Source: a virus. Taken from it: a DNA stretch of 64,000 nt. The DNA lies in IMG/VR virus record IMGVR_UViG_3300031419_000013, positions 1-64,000 of that record. One strand, 5' to 3'. A program made the position numbers and the translations under genes. This document shows positions 18,893-28,732 of this stretch, in pieces. Numbering within the stretch: position 1 is the first letter of the stretch; every line of letters starts with the position of its first letter. The notes beneath the pieces were generated by a model. That model was not told where the DNA came from. It saw nothing but the letters and a program-made list of their open reading frames with translations, and ran no database searches.

Positions 18893-19681
18893 TTATTTAT
18901 TCCAAGTAGGAGCACCGATACTTCCCAAAAGTCTCATGACTTGATTGGTATCGTTATTCCATCCTGACGCACCTCTACCAATACCATTATTGTAACTAAC
19001 AGTTTTTGATTTAGGTTGTTGATTTGCCAGCATAGATAATGCGGCTAATGCAGCGTTACCCCATTGTGTATTATCAGATTGATCTGTAGGAGCATTCTCT
19101 GAAACAATAGGGAGAGCAGAACCCATCTGAGACTCAGCTTGATTGGGAGCCTGAGCAGCTACAGTTCTATCCAGCAAAGCAGGACTAAACTGATCGGCAG
19201 GTTTCCTTGAAGCTAGAGCAGCAACAGGGTTTAGTACATCATCAATATTCTCTGCTGTTGAATACTGAGATGGTGTGTTAGAAGAAAGGTAATTACGGAA
19301 GTTAGGATGCCTAACATATTTCCAACCCTCTTCAGGCATTTCTCTTTTACCAGAAAGAATCTGTCTTGCACCTGCTGTACCTTGGTTGTATCCGAGTAAT
19401 GCTTTAGGGACATTACCTTGAAAACTTCTAAGATTGTCAGCGAGGTATCTTGCACCCATTTCAATATTCTTTGCAGGATCATATCTATCTTTTGGGTCAT
19501 AACCGTAATCTTTGGCAACAGCTCTGCTGACTTGCATTAAGCCAACAGGACCAGTACCCGATTCCGCATTAGGATTACCACTAGACTCTGTTTGGATAAC
19601 AGATGTGATTAGATCAGCAGGAATACCGTAACGAGCTGAAGCATCTTTGATAAGTGCTCCGTAGTTTGCTTGAATGGTCAT
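18893..19681 (-). CDS. lytic transglycosylase (SLT domain) virion protein
   Basis: IQTESSGNPNAESGTGPVGLMQV catalytic-Glu motif. Confidence 0.8.
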   Translation of the reverse strand: MTIQANYGALIKDASARYGIPADLITSVIQTESSGNPNAESGTGPVGLMQVSRAVAKDYGYDPKDRYDPAKNIEMGARYLADNLRSFQGNVPKALLGYNQGTAGARQILSGKREMPEEGWKYVRHPNFRNYLSSNTPSQYSTAENIDDVLNPVAALASRKPADQFSPALLDRTVAAQAPNQAESQMGSALPIVSENAPTDQSDNTQWGNAALAALSMLANQQPKSKTVSYNNGIGRGASGWNNDTNQVMRLLGSIGAPTWNK

Positions 19682-19743
19682 CTAGCGTCTCCTATTAAAC
19701 GTCTATATATTATTCATCCTTTCCACTGTAATATAGTTCCAAA

Positions 19744-20823
19744 TCAGAAGTAATCAGCAGCATCAAGACAGGCTAGGTTATAACCAATCTGTCCCATTAC
19801 AGGATAGTTCTGATAGTAGATCATTCCATTGGCAGGTTTAGCTCTATATGTAGAAACTGAGTTGCCGGACATAAGCAATCCTGAGTACATACAAACTCGT
19901 TTTGGATAAGTTTCTGCGGTTGTATAATCTCCACATTGGAAACCATAAGAACCTAAAGGAACCATAGGTAAAGCAACATTACCACTTGCACCTACCCACT
20001 GGATTTTAGCTCCCTGACTTGTTGAGTTTTCTAGGTAGTAAGGGAAACCAAAGTAACCACCTCTCCAGATAACAGGTGGATATTTACTTGAGTATGTGAT
20101 TACACCACTGGCATTTCTAATTAGAATACCATAACCACTATCAGGCGGAGCAGGAGAGAATCCTGTAGAAACAATAACAATCTGAATGTTGTCAACTTGT
20201 CCACCAATCTGAGAACCACTTGCACTACCAAAAGCTGTATAGGTTCTAATCTGATTAGTCTCTCTATCATGGTACAGCGGAGTAGCTGTGTTATTCCATC
20301 TAGCAAAAACAACACAAGTAGATCTATTAGGAATCCAATCAGGAATAGTCCAAGTACCAGCAACGCTGATAACACCTCTCCAAGTTACATAACCAAACCG
20401 ACTAACATCTGTAAGAGCTAAGAAGTTAGCCGAGTCATACATAGCAATCCCATAGGATTCCATATTCTGATTAGCACCGGGAATTTCAAATAAACTAATA
20501 TCAGCAATACTCACATAAGGTTCTCTAAAAGCTGTTCCTTGATAAAACTGAACATTCATGTTATTACCTGAAACAGTAATACCTCTTAACAGGTTAGCTC
20601 TTGTAGGGTTATTACTGCTATCAATCCAAGCAGTCTTAGTAGGGATAGCTACTGCAACACCGCCAGTCGTTACAGCATTAATAGGAACATTCACGCTAGT
20701 GTTTCCGGTAGCGTTAGCTCCTGCTACATTATAGTTTCCTAAGAATCCTAAAACCCTAGATGATGTGCTAATATCAACAGCCTTATTATTGTCATCGGGT
20801 CTAACCATAAATCCATAAGCCAT
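19744..20823 (-). CDS. structural protein (359 aa), function unknown
   Basis: ORF track; translationally coupled in tail module. Confidence 0.5.
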   Translation of the reverse strand: MAYGFMVRPDDNNKAVDISTSSRVLGFLGNYNVAGANATGNTSVNVPINAVTTGGVAVAIPTKTAWIDSSNNPTRANLLRGITVSGNNMNVQFYQGTAFREPYVSIADISLFEIPGANQNMESYGIAMYDSANFLALTDVSRFGYVTWRGVISVAGTWTIPDWIPNRSTCVVFARWNNTATPLYHDRETNQIRTYTAFGSASGSQIGGQVDNIQIVIVSTGFSPAPPDSGYGILIRNASGVITYSSKYPPVIWRGGYFGFPYYLENSTSQGAKIQWVGASGNVALPMVPLGSYGFQCGDYTTAETYPKRVCMYSGLLMSGNSVSTYRAKPANGMIYYQNYPVMGQIGYNLACLDAADYF

Positions 20824-21869
20824 TAAGAAACCCTCCCCACTTGCACCCTAACAGTTCCCGCAGCATCTGTTACAGTCAAACCATTACCATTCAAATATAC
20901 CCTACCCGAACCGTCAGCATTACCCATCTGGAATCCACCATCCTTTCCAATATACCAACCAACAACACCGTTCCAGTTATCAGAAGAGATAGCACCAGAG
21001 ATCTTAGCATTGGTGATTGCACCATTCTGAATCTTAGCGTTAGTAATCTGACCATCCTGAATCTTAGCATTAGTAATTGAACCATCAATAATAGAAGCAG
21101 CTTTGATGTAAGTTGTACCACCACTGATTTGGAAAGGGGTTGATGCAGTTTGCCCACCATCTGTAAAGATGATGTTATTAGCATTGACAGTAAAGGCAGT
21201 ATAAGAACCGTTGTTATAAAAACCAACCCCGCCTTGTAACCCACCGACATTAGTCTTAACATCCCACTGAGCACTATACTTCCCATCAACAGTCTGAGCA
21301 GTAGTCAGAGCCTGTGTTGCAGTTGCCTGAGCATTACTTACCCTTCCAGAGATAGTTTGAATCGAACCATTGATATCTGTAATCTCACCAATGATCTGAC
21401 TGATACTACCAGAGTTGGTTACAACCTGAGTAATGACACCATCAATTCTAGTGTTAGTAGAAACGATCTCACCCTGAATAGTTGTAATCTTACCGTTGGC
21501 TGCATTGACTGTAGTTTGGATACCTTCAAGAGTTCCGTCCAGAGTTGAACCATCTGGCATAATGATATCATCTACAGTGATACCTTTACCGAGTTCAACT
21601 TTGACATTACCTAATTCAAGCCAGACTTTATCCATAGCATCATTGGTCTGAAGATTCAAAGCTTGCAAAGCCCTTGTTCTTTCTTCTACCTCTTTATTGA
21701 TATCGTCAATCGCTTTAAACATTTGATTAGTTGATGTACTGATCTTATTCAACTCATCGTAAACTGCAACGTTATATTTATCACTGTCAGTTTCATTAAG
21801 AAAACCTACAGCATATGGCTGAGTGGTATTACTTCTTAATGTCTGACGTCTGTTACCATTAGCTCCCAT
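20823..21869 (-). CDS. tail fibre-like structural protein
   Basis: N-terminal coiled coil; repeats ITNAKIQDGQITNAKIQNGAITNAKISG. Confidence 0.55.
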   Translation of the reverse strand: MGANGNRRQTLRSNTTQPYAVGFLNETDSDKYNVAVYDELNKISTSTNQMFKAIDDINKEVEERTRALQALNLQTNDAMDKVWLELGNVKVELGKGITVDDIIMPDGSTLDGTLEGIQTTVNAANGKITTIQGEIVSTNTRIDGVITQVVTNSGSISQIIGEITDINGSIQTISGRVSNAQATATQALTTAQTVDGKYSAQWDVKTNVGGLQGGVGFYNNGSYTAFTVNANNIIFTDGGQTASTPFQISGGTTYIKAASIIDGSITNAKIQDGQITNAKIQNGAITNAKISGAISSDNWNGVVGWYIGKDGGFQMGNADGSGRVYLNGNGLTVTDAAGTVRVQVGRVS

Positions 21870-21877
21870 AGAACCTC

Positions 21878-21905
21878 CATAAAAGAAAGGAGGGCAAAGC
21901 CCTCC
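21878..21905 (-). terminator. rho-independent terminator (minus strand)
   Basis: GGAGGGC-TTT-GCCCTCC followed by TTTCTTTTA on minus strand. Confidence 0.7.
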
Positions 21906-21910
21906 AGTTC

Positions 21911-24790
21911 TTATCTACGTCCACCAACCACATATTCAATAACCAAGCTATTAACTGCAAGATTAGAATCCACGTCTCTATCATAGATTTCATAATAAAG
22001 GTAAGGGTGATTTAACCTCACATTAACCTGTCTTGTCTTACCTGCAATGTAGTCTCTTGTTGAGTGGTTGTGTCCCTTCTCGTTTGAGTATTGAGTACCT
22101 CCAGCAGTAAACTGAATTGTACCTCTACCAGTTACTTGAGGGTTAAACACATTGACATGTTTCTGATTCCATTCATCTGTTAGATTATCAAAATCAATTC
22201 CATATCTCTCCACCCACATTTCCAGAGGGACTTCTTTTACCACATCAGGTTCATCAGGATTCCACAAGTGATTGTAGGCTCCAATGTCTACCTGATAAAA
22301 ACCTTTAGCAGCAGAAGCAACAACAGTAATCCTTTGATGGAAGTTACTGGTATCTTTTTGCCAAGGAGTTTGTTTAGCAATATCACTGTCCCAACTTACT
22401 TCTGCATAATCTTCCCAAGTAGCAGACTTCTCTAGAATAGGAGGATCAATCAAAGCAATGTCGTAGCTATAAGGAATGTCACAGAATGACCAAGTATCAA
22501 ACTCATAATTCCAAATAGCAGCTTTGTTACAAGCCCAGCTTTGCTTATCCGAACCCGGAGCTACATAAGTAATCCACACTTCCTTTTTATCAGAGTGCAA
22601 ATGAACCTTAGTTGCTGATGGGTTAATCTGGCTAATCTCGTTGATGATTTTATTCTTCACTCTGTTAGATGCAATAGACTTCTTGGTTGCACCGTTGTGT
22701 AGGATAATATCATTCTGAGTTACTACCAGATGGCTACCTTCAACTTCAGTAACACATTCAGGAGCAAGGATACCAGAATCATTGAACAGCTTCTTAAACT
22801 GGAACGGTTGATAGGCGTTCATAGTTGGTGTACCAACATATGTCTCAAACTCAGTATAGACAAACAGATAGTCCTTGAGTGGGAGCATATCAATTAATCC
22901 ACCGTTAGAGTCAGCCAAGTCAATGTAACCAGCGTAACCATTCTGCAAAGCTTCGATAGTACCTTCAGTTGATGCTGTACTATCAGGATCTCTCAAGTCT
23001 GCAAAGTCATCCCAAAGGAAAGGAGCAGCATTCTCTTCAGCAAAGTTAGACCAGCGAAGTCTTAACGGATAATGAGTAGAAGCACCAGAGGTATTAGTCT
23101 CTGTCATATTAAGAGCAAACAACCTGTTGTTAAAAGCTCTGAGTCTTTCAGCAAACCAAGTGTAGTTCTTAACAGAGATGTTACCTGCATCATCTACTTC
23201 AGTCTGATCACCCCATCCCGGAAGGTCTGTAAAGTATTGACTAGAATACTCTTTAACCTGTGGGACATGTCTAGCACAAGTAGCAACAGCGCAGTTAGAA
23301 ATTACTGTATGATACCAAGTACTATCAGGAGAAGCTGCGTAGCTTTCTTGACGAGTATCATAAACAGTAACAGTCACTGTCACGTTACCTTTCTTAAGTG
23401 CTGTGATATCCAGAGTAGGTTTGGTTGAAGTGGTATAAGAGATAATACCATCTCGGTTAACTGCCCACTTATACTGCAAGTTAGGAACATCGGCTGGAGT
23501 GACTACCGCAGTTAATGTTTCTTTATCACCAACTTCTAAGCTCAGGTTGTTTTTATCAATCTTCACAGAAGTAACAACAGGAGTTGCTGCAAGTGCAAAC
23601 ATTGCAAACCTAGCTTGTGTAGTGATACCTGCTGCACGAACAGTGAAGTTACAAGTCGCTGTACTTCCACCTTCCTCAGCAGTTGCCATAACTTGAGCAA
23701 CACCAACTTTGAGGTAACGCAATGTCACAGTAGTTCCGCTTCCTACAATCTGTACAACATCATTACCAACAGGAACTGACCATTGAATACCAGTCTTTCC
23801 AGTGTTGGCTGGATAGAAACCAACAGTTAAAGTATCAGTGGTAACATTGACATTGGTTGTAACCTGAGATTTATCTAAGAAGATATAATCAACAGCAGAA
23901 ATAACCTGTACCGCACACTCAGCTCTAAGGGTAGGAGTGTTAGTCATGAATACACTAATGGTACATGCACCACGTCTTAACGTTCTCACAGTAACCTGTA
24001 GAGGGTTATTAGGGTTAACAGTAATAGTAGCAACTGATAGATCACTAGATACCCAAGTAACAGCTTGATCAGCAGGGTTAGCTGGATTGAAAGATACTGT
24101 CAGTGTGTTGCTATCACCATTACGAATCTGTAACTGAGACTTATCCAGATAGATAGAATCTACGTTAGGAGTGATGTTAACAACCACGGTATCCCAATAA
24201 GCTTGGTCCAGAGTTGCAACACGAACAGTTACGTTACCAGTATAAGTGCTATTAGCTTTTACTGTAGCCCTTAATGGGTCATTAGGATTCGGTGTGATAG
24301 TCGCATAACTTTCATTACTCACTGTCCAAATAGTGTTTACATTCTTAACACCATCAGGAGTAACTTTAGCAACTACCTCAAATTCTTCTCCAAGCTTAAT
24401 CTGAATGAAACTTTGTTCAATAGACAACCCACCAATGACAGGAGTTACTGTCAGAGATGCAGTAGCAGAATGGCTTTTATAAGGAGTGAACTTATTGACT
24501 TTAGTCAGTTGGTTATTGTCTAGTTTATATAAGTTCTCAGAAGTACCTACAATATTAAAACTGTTTCCACCACTGTAAAAGTCGAAAGGTAGTGGTAGAA
24601 TAGAAAGAGGAACAATCTCTTTATCTTCTGGAACAAAGGAGCTAGGGGCATTGCCTCCAATCTTAAGTACACGACCATCTACAAATCGCGCATTAAGCGC
24701 GTCTGTAAATCCATTAGGTGGTAAGTCGGTAGCTGAGATATCGGCAACAACCCCTACAGCACCCAAATTTTTAATTTGAAACTGAGCCAT
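21911..24790 (-). CDS. large tail/structural protein carrying about four tandem Ig-like (Big_2-type) domains
   Basis: 959 aa; repeated about 85-aa units (e.g. VTSVKIDKNNLSLEVGDKETLTAVVTPADV) in residues about 100-490. Confidence 0.6.
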   Translation of the reverse strand: MAQFQIKNLGAVGVVADISATDLPPNGFTDALNARFVDGRVLKIGGNAPSSFVPEDKEIVPLSILPLPFDFYSGGNSFNIVGTSENLYKLDNNQLTKVNKFTPYKSHSATASLTVTPVIGGLSIEQSFIQIKLGEEFEVVAKVTPDGVKNVNTIWTVSNESYATITPNPNDPLRATVKANSTYTGNVTVRVATLDQAYWDTVVVNITPNVDSIYLDKSQLQIRNGDSNTLTVSFNPANPADQAVTWVSSDLSVATITVNPNNPLQVTVRTLRRGACTISVFMTNTPTLRAECAVQVISAVDYIFLDKSQVTTNVNVTTDTLTVGFYPANTGKTGIQWSVPVGNDVVQIVGSGTTVTLRYLKVGVAQVMATAEEGGSTATCNFTVRAAGITTQARFAMFALAATPVVTSVKIDKNNLSLEVGDKETLTAVVTPADVPNLQYKWAVNRDGIISYTTSTKPTLDITALKKGNVTVTVTVYDTRQESYAASPDSTWYHTVISNCAVATCARHVPQVKEYSSQYFTDLPGWGDQTEVDDAGNISVKNYTWFAERLRAFNNRLFALNMTETNTSGASTHYPLRLRWSNFAEENAAPFLWDDFADLRDPDSTASTEGTIEALQNGYAGYIDLADSNGGLIDMLPLKDYLFVYTEFETYVGTPTMNAYQPFQFKKLFNDSGILAPECVTEVEGSHLVVTQNDIILHNGATKKSIASNRVKNKIINEISQINPSATKVHLHSDKKEVWITYVAPGSDKQSWACNKAAIWNYEFDTWSFCDIPYSYDIALIDPPILEKSATWEDYAEVSWDSDIAKQTPWQKDTSNFHQRITVVASAAKGFYQVDIGAYNHLWNPDEPDVVKEVPLEMWVERYGIDFDNLTDEWNQKHVNVFNPQVTGRGTIQFTAGGTQYSNEKGHNHSTRDYIAGKTRQVNVRLNHPYLYYEIYDRDVDSNLAVNSLVIEYVVGGRR
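23724..23735 (-). promoter_or_regulatory. conserved phage motif variant on minus strand (AACTACTGTGAC-A)
   Basis: Reverse complement GTCACAGTAGTT inside the 959-aa structural ORF. Confidence 0.3.
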
Positions 24791-24807
24791 AGAGGTTGCT
24801 CCTTATA

Positions 24808-25641
24808 TTACGAAGTTCGTTTCCAAATGTTTGTTACTGCATATGGAGGCATAACATCCAGTGGTGCTTGGTTCTCAATTGCAGTACCTAAACGAAGAAC
24901 ACCTTGCAGTCCGTGAGTATGATTACCAGCAGCATCTGTATAGTTAGTCACTGCTGAACCAGTGCTACCAAATACATCACCATTGGTATCATCAATACTG
25001 ATTCTATAACGTCTCATGGTTAATGAGTGAGTATGGTTTCCAGATGCTGTCATCGAGATACCATTGTTAGAGAAGTCAGAAGTCAGAAGAGGTACGTTTC
25101 CAACAGTAATCTGTTTAGAGAAACTACCACCACGCTCACCAACGGTAAAGGTTCTTGCAGATTGGTTAGGAATAGAGCCAGTAGGCTGTACAACACCAGA
25201 ACCCATCAGCATACCTGTGATTCTAGTCCAAGTACCAAAGCCAAACACATCAGCAGGGTTGACATTACTATCAGTCATCCAGTAACAACCTACCGGGTAC
25301 ATTGCTTTAGTTGCAGTGGTAATCAAATCTTTAACTTGCTGTAGAATAACAAAGTCATTGTTTGATGTACCAGCTACACCATTCTTAATCTTCACGTCTT
25401 GCAAATCAATGATAGGTACATCAGCACCATTCACTGTTTCAGTAGTAAAGGACATATAAGAAGGAATCTGATTGAGTACAGAAAACTCTGTAGTCATTGG
25501 GGTGTTAGATGTAGGAAACGTGTTCTTTAAAACCTGTTTAATAAGTTTTAAGTGGTCGTCACCTTCAGAGATATAATCTCCGGGAAATGGGTATTGTGGA
25601 TTTAGATCATTCACAACTACCGCAGTGGTCTCAATTGCCAT
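24808..25641 (-). CDS. tail-collar-domain fibre protein
   Basis: GNHTH motifs and C-terminal PLDVMPPYAVTNIWKRT typical of phage tail collar domains. Confidence 0.6.
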   Translation of the reverse strand: MAIETTAVVVNDLNPQYPFPGDYISEGDDHLKLIKQVLKNTFPTSNTPMTTEFSVLNQIPSYMSFTTETVNGADVPIIDLQDVKIKNGVAGTSNNDFVILQQVKDLITTATKAMYPVGCYWMTDSNVNPADVFGFGTWTRITGMLMGSGVVQPTGSIPNQSARTFTVGERGGSFSKQITVGNVPLLTSDFSNNGISMTASGNHTHSLTMRRYRISIDDTNGDVFGSTGSAVTNYTDAAGNHTHGLQGVLRLGTAIENQAPLDVMPPYAVTNIWKRTS

Positions 25642-25652
25642 GTTTTAATCTC

Positions 25653-26144
25653 CTAGTATTGGCCTTTGTCGAACAAGGCTTTATCGGCAGTACGTCTGTT
25701 CACGAGTCCGGGGGACGTTACTTTTTTACCCTTCACAGTAACTTTAGTCCATTTCATAAACCAGTTAGACGCTGCCGGATAGTTGCCTTTATTCAATTCT
25801 TTAACCATAGTCGAACCACAGAAAGCATAGTTACCAATGTTAAAGGCAAAAGAAGTTAGGGCATCAAACTGATATTGATACAAGGGGACGTAAACGCATT
25901 TTTGAACAGCTTTGCTGTGGTTAGAAATATCTCGGCTAAGTAAGCTAAGACAAGTTTGTGGATCATATCTCAGACCTCTCTTTACTGGTTGATCATTTAC
26001 ATCTAAGATTGCTCCAGTACAAATAGTCCATACACCACCTACATCTTGGTACGCTACGGGAGCGTTACCCTCCTTCTTCATGAGATAAACTACTCCTTGA
26101 TCGCTCATCTCCATCTGAGAAGGAGGCAGTGCTTCAGCTAGCAT
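25653..26144 (-). CDS. endolysin, GH24 lysozyme family
   Basis: LMKKEGNAPVAYQDVGGVWTICTGA catalytic-region pattern. Confidence 0.8.
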   Translation of the reverse strand: MLAEALPPSQMEMSDQGVVYLMKKEGNAPVAYQDVGGVWTICTGAILDVNDQPVKRGLRYDPQTCLSLLSRDISNHSKAVQKCVYVPLYQYQFDALTSFAFNIGNYAFCGSTMVKELNKGNYPAASNWFMKWTKVTVKGKKVTSPGLVNRRTADKALFDKGQY

Positions 26145-26159
26145 AAAACCTCCTATTAT

Positions 26160-26375
26160 TTAATCCTCTACTACTTCCGTGTAGGTTGAGCACTGTAATG
26201 TGGTCGCCGTGCCCTTTTTATAACTTACACAACCAAAGGTGGTGCTGTTAGTTTCAACAGTGTATCTTCCATTCCGCTCCAGCGTAACTTTGATTGTAGT
26301 GTGCGTACAACCGACTAGCACAAAAGAAAATACAATAAGAAGCAAGCACCAGATAAACTGGTGAAGCTTCCTCAT
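26160..26375 (-). CDS. small lipoprotein (71 aa)
   Basis: Signal plus lipobox FVLVGC; two further Cys in the mature part. Confidence 0.65.
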   Translation of the reverse strand: MRKLHQFIWCLLLIVFSFVLVGCTHTTIKVTLERNGRYTVETNSTTFGCVSYKKGTATTLQCSTYTEVVED

Positions 26376-26590
26376 TATTCTTCAGCACTGGTAGACTGAA
26401 TAATTTTAGCGAGTTTAACAGCATCTTCACCTGAACAAGAGATAACTAAACTCTTGCCAACTTTGGCGGCAGCACACCCTTTACCAAAGCTTGATGCAGA
26501 TGCTTGACCTGCTTGGTTAGTATAAGACTTAGATGAACTACAACCAACCATAAGTACACTTGCAATTGCCACGATAATTAAACCTTTCAT
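26375..26590 (-). CDS. small lipoprotein (71 aa)
   Basis: Signal plus lipobox LMVGC; two further Cys in the mature part. Confidence 0.65.
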   Translation of the reverse strand: MKGLIIVAIASVLMVGCSSSKSYTNQAGQASASSFGKGCAAAKVGKSLVISCSGEDAVKLAKIIQSTSAEE

Positions 26591-26604
26591 ATTTATCTCC
26601 TATA

Positions 26605-26628
26605 GTTTTAAAAGGGAGTTGCCTCCCT
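26605..26628 (-). terminator. putative rho-independent terminator (minus strand)
   Basis: GGGAG-GCAA-CTCCC then TTTTAAAAC on minus strand. Confidence 0.5.
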
Positions 26629-26634
26629 CTAGTA

Positions 26635-27039
26635 TTATGGCTTTGCGGGCCAGTTAATATTAGGGGCATCGGTTAGATCAAGTCTGTTCAACGCCACGCG
26701 GTAGCTCATCAAAGATTTCAGACGAGCCTCTTCATCCTCAGTAGCATCACCTAGAGTGACCGCATCTTGCAAAGGTGCAATATCCACAGTTGCTTCTGCA
26801 ATCAATCTAGCTTTTTCTAAAGAGGCGAGATTTACATAATCTGGTTCTGGAAGTTTCTCAACTCTCGGACCGTCTTCATCAAACACCCCATAGAAACCTT
26901 CAGGTGGATTGAAGAATAAATCGTAATCATCTTTACTAATAGCTTTAAGATCATCAGGAAGAATACCAGAGGACTTATAGCCCTCCATATTACTTTCAGG
27001 GTAAAACCCTTTAGTGTTAACACTATAAAACATTTTCAT
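26635..27039 (-). CDS. tail fibre assembly protein (Tfa-type chaperone)
   Basis: MFYSVNTKGFYPE... and C-terminal LQDAVTLGDATEDEEARLKSLMSYRVALNRLD pattern; directly downstream of a fibre gene. Confidence 0.65.
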   Translation of the reverse strand: MKMFYSVNTKGFYPESNMEGYKSSGILPDDLKAISKDDYDLFFNPPEGFYGVFDEDGPRVEKLPEPDYVNLASLEKARLIAEATVDIAPLQDAVTLGDATEDEEARLKSLMSYRVALNRLDLTDAPNINWPAKP

Positions 27040-27054
27040 ATAGTAGCTCCTAAA

Positions 27055-28719
27055 TTAAGCAGTAACAAACCCTGTCGCAAGCCAGTTGATACGGGTAGCA
27101 CTGGTGTTAGGCGTACCATCCATCTTTCTACATCTAACATCAAAGGAAGGTGCATCAGTTCTTCTGGTTGATACGTTTCCAGTGAATGCATCAAAGTCTC
27201 CACTAGAAGCCACAACAGAACCAAGGACTGTAAAGGTTTCTGGATAACTAATGGTTGCGTCTCCATTACTGTTAGGAGAAACTACAGTAGCACCAGCCTG
27301 AATTACAAAGTAACCTCCGGCCATAGGTAGACGACACTTAACACCACTAACAGCGGTAAAGCCCATATTGGATGCGGTAGTTCTGGCTGATGCTGTGCTA
27401 TTCCAAGAAAGAGCATTGATACCAATAAGAGAGTGGTTGTTTAAGAAAGAGTCACCGTTAGCCACAAAGCCGCCATCAGGACCAACTAAGAACTCGTTTG
27501 TTCCACCATCAACAGCAATGGAAGCATACTTAGTTCCTCCGATAGTCTCTTTAGAACGAAGTCTAGCAACAGTTCTATCAACACCCGCTACCTGATAAAC
27601 AGACCTGATATCACCACCATAAACAATAGTGTTATTCGCAGGAAGTTCAGCATCACCAGTGATAACATTGAAATTAGTGTTTGATGCACTGAATTTACCA
27701 TTTACTCTGATAATCCAAATACCTGCTGCAAAGTTAGGACGAACTTCAGTAGCTCCGTTGGTATACACACTACTTGATTTACTAGCATCAATTTGAACAC
27801 CCGATGGAGCTGAAACAGTGTTAAACCCAGGTACAGAACTCAGTACATTACTCGGACTATCAATTGGAGATAATGCACCTGTTGCACTTGGCCCTGTTGG
27901 CAAGAAGAACTGGCCTGCTACAACAGTGGTTAACGTACCGGCAATATTTGGGGCCACAGATCTACCAGTAGAACCGACACCGCCACTTAAGCCTTGATCA
28001 CCACGAAGGAAAAGTGCTCTAACAGAAGGAACTCCTGAAGTAATCGCACCATTAAGATCTGGCATACGGAAAGTGGTTGTACCGTTACCGGTAGAATACT
28101 TAGCCCTGCCATCTGCATCAGCCAACCAAGCAGTATCCGTAACAGATACAAACAAGCCTGAGTTGATCGCATTCCAAATATCAGGATAATCAGCACGATT
28201 TAAAACCTGACCATCAGCAGCTAAGTGACCTGAAGGTAATTTAGCACGAGAACCATTAAACCATTCAACAGCACCTAAGAAGTTATTCATAACTCCAGAC
28301 ATGCTAGCACCACCTGAACCACCAGAAGCAGCTACTAGTTGCTTCAGGGTAACAGCGTCGTAGTCAGAAGCAGCATCACCACCAAGACGGAGTGGACCAG
28401 ACAGTGCAGTCAATGCTGTAATATCTGAGTTAACCCCTTTAGCAGCTTTACCGTTTAAAGAGGTGTTGATAGTTGTAATGCTTCCGTTAATACTAGATAC
28501 TGTAGTCTTAAGGTTAGTGATATCACCAGTGTTAGTCGTCACCTGCGTTTCAAGAGAACCTACACGCTGATTATAATTAGTAATCTGCACATACTTCCCT
28601 GTTAAATCTACACTCCCGCCTTCGCCATCAACAGTAAAGACGCCCGATACAGCAGCGTCCCTGTTTACTACGACGTAAGGCATGAGAGCGCCCGATTTGG
28701 GCATAAACTCTCTAGCCAT
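27055..28719 (-). CDS. tail fibre (receptor-binding) protein
   Basis: NRADYPDIWNAI...GNGTTTFRMPDLNG tail-collar motif; shares KGVNSDITALTALSG segment with the other fibres. Confidence 0.75.
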   Translation of the reverse strand: MAREFMPKSGALMPYVVVNRDAAVSGVFTVDGEGGSVDLTGKYVQITNYNQRVGSLETQVTTNTGDITNLKTTVSSINGSITTINTSLNGKAAKGVNSDITALTALSGPLRLGGDAASDYDAVTLKQLVAASGGSGGASMSGVMNNFLGAVEWFNGSRAKLPSGHLAADGQVLNRADYPDIWNAINSGLFVSVTDTAWLADADGRAKYSTGNGTTTFRMPDLNGAITSGVPSVRALFLRGDQGLSGGVGSTGRSVAPNIAGTLTTVVAGQFFLPTGPSATGALSPIDSPSNVLSSVPGFNTVSAPSGVQIDASKSSSVYTNGATEVRPNFAAGIWIIRVNGKFSASNTNFNVITGDAELPANNTIVYGGDIRSVYQVAGVDRTVARLRSKETIGGTKYASIAVDGGTNEFLVGPDGGFVANGDSFLNNHSLIGINALSWNSTASARTTASNMGFTAVSGVKCRLPMAGGYFVIQAGATVVSPNSNGDATISYPETFTVLGSVVASSGDFDAFTGNVSTRRTDAPSFDVRCRKMDGTPNTSATRINWLATGFVTA

Positions 28720-28732
28720 TTAAATCTCCTTA

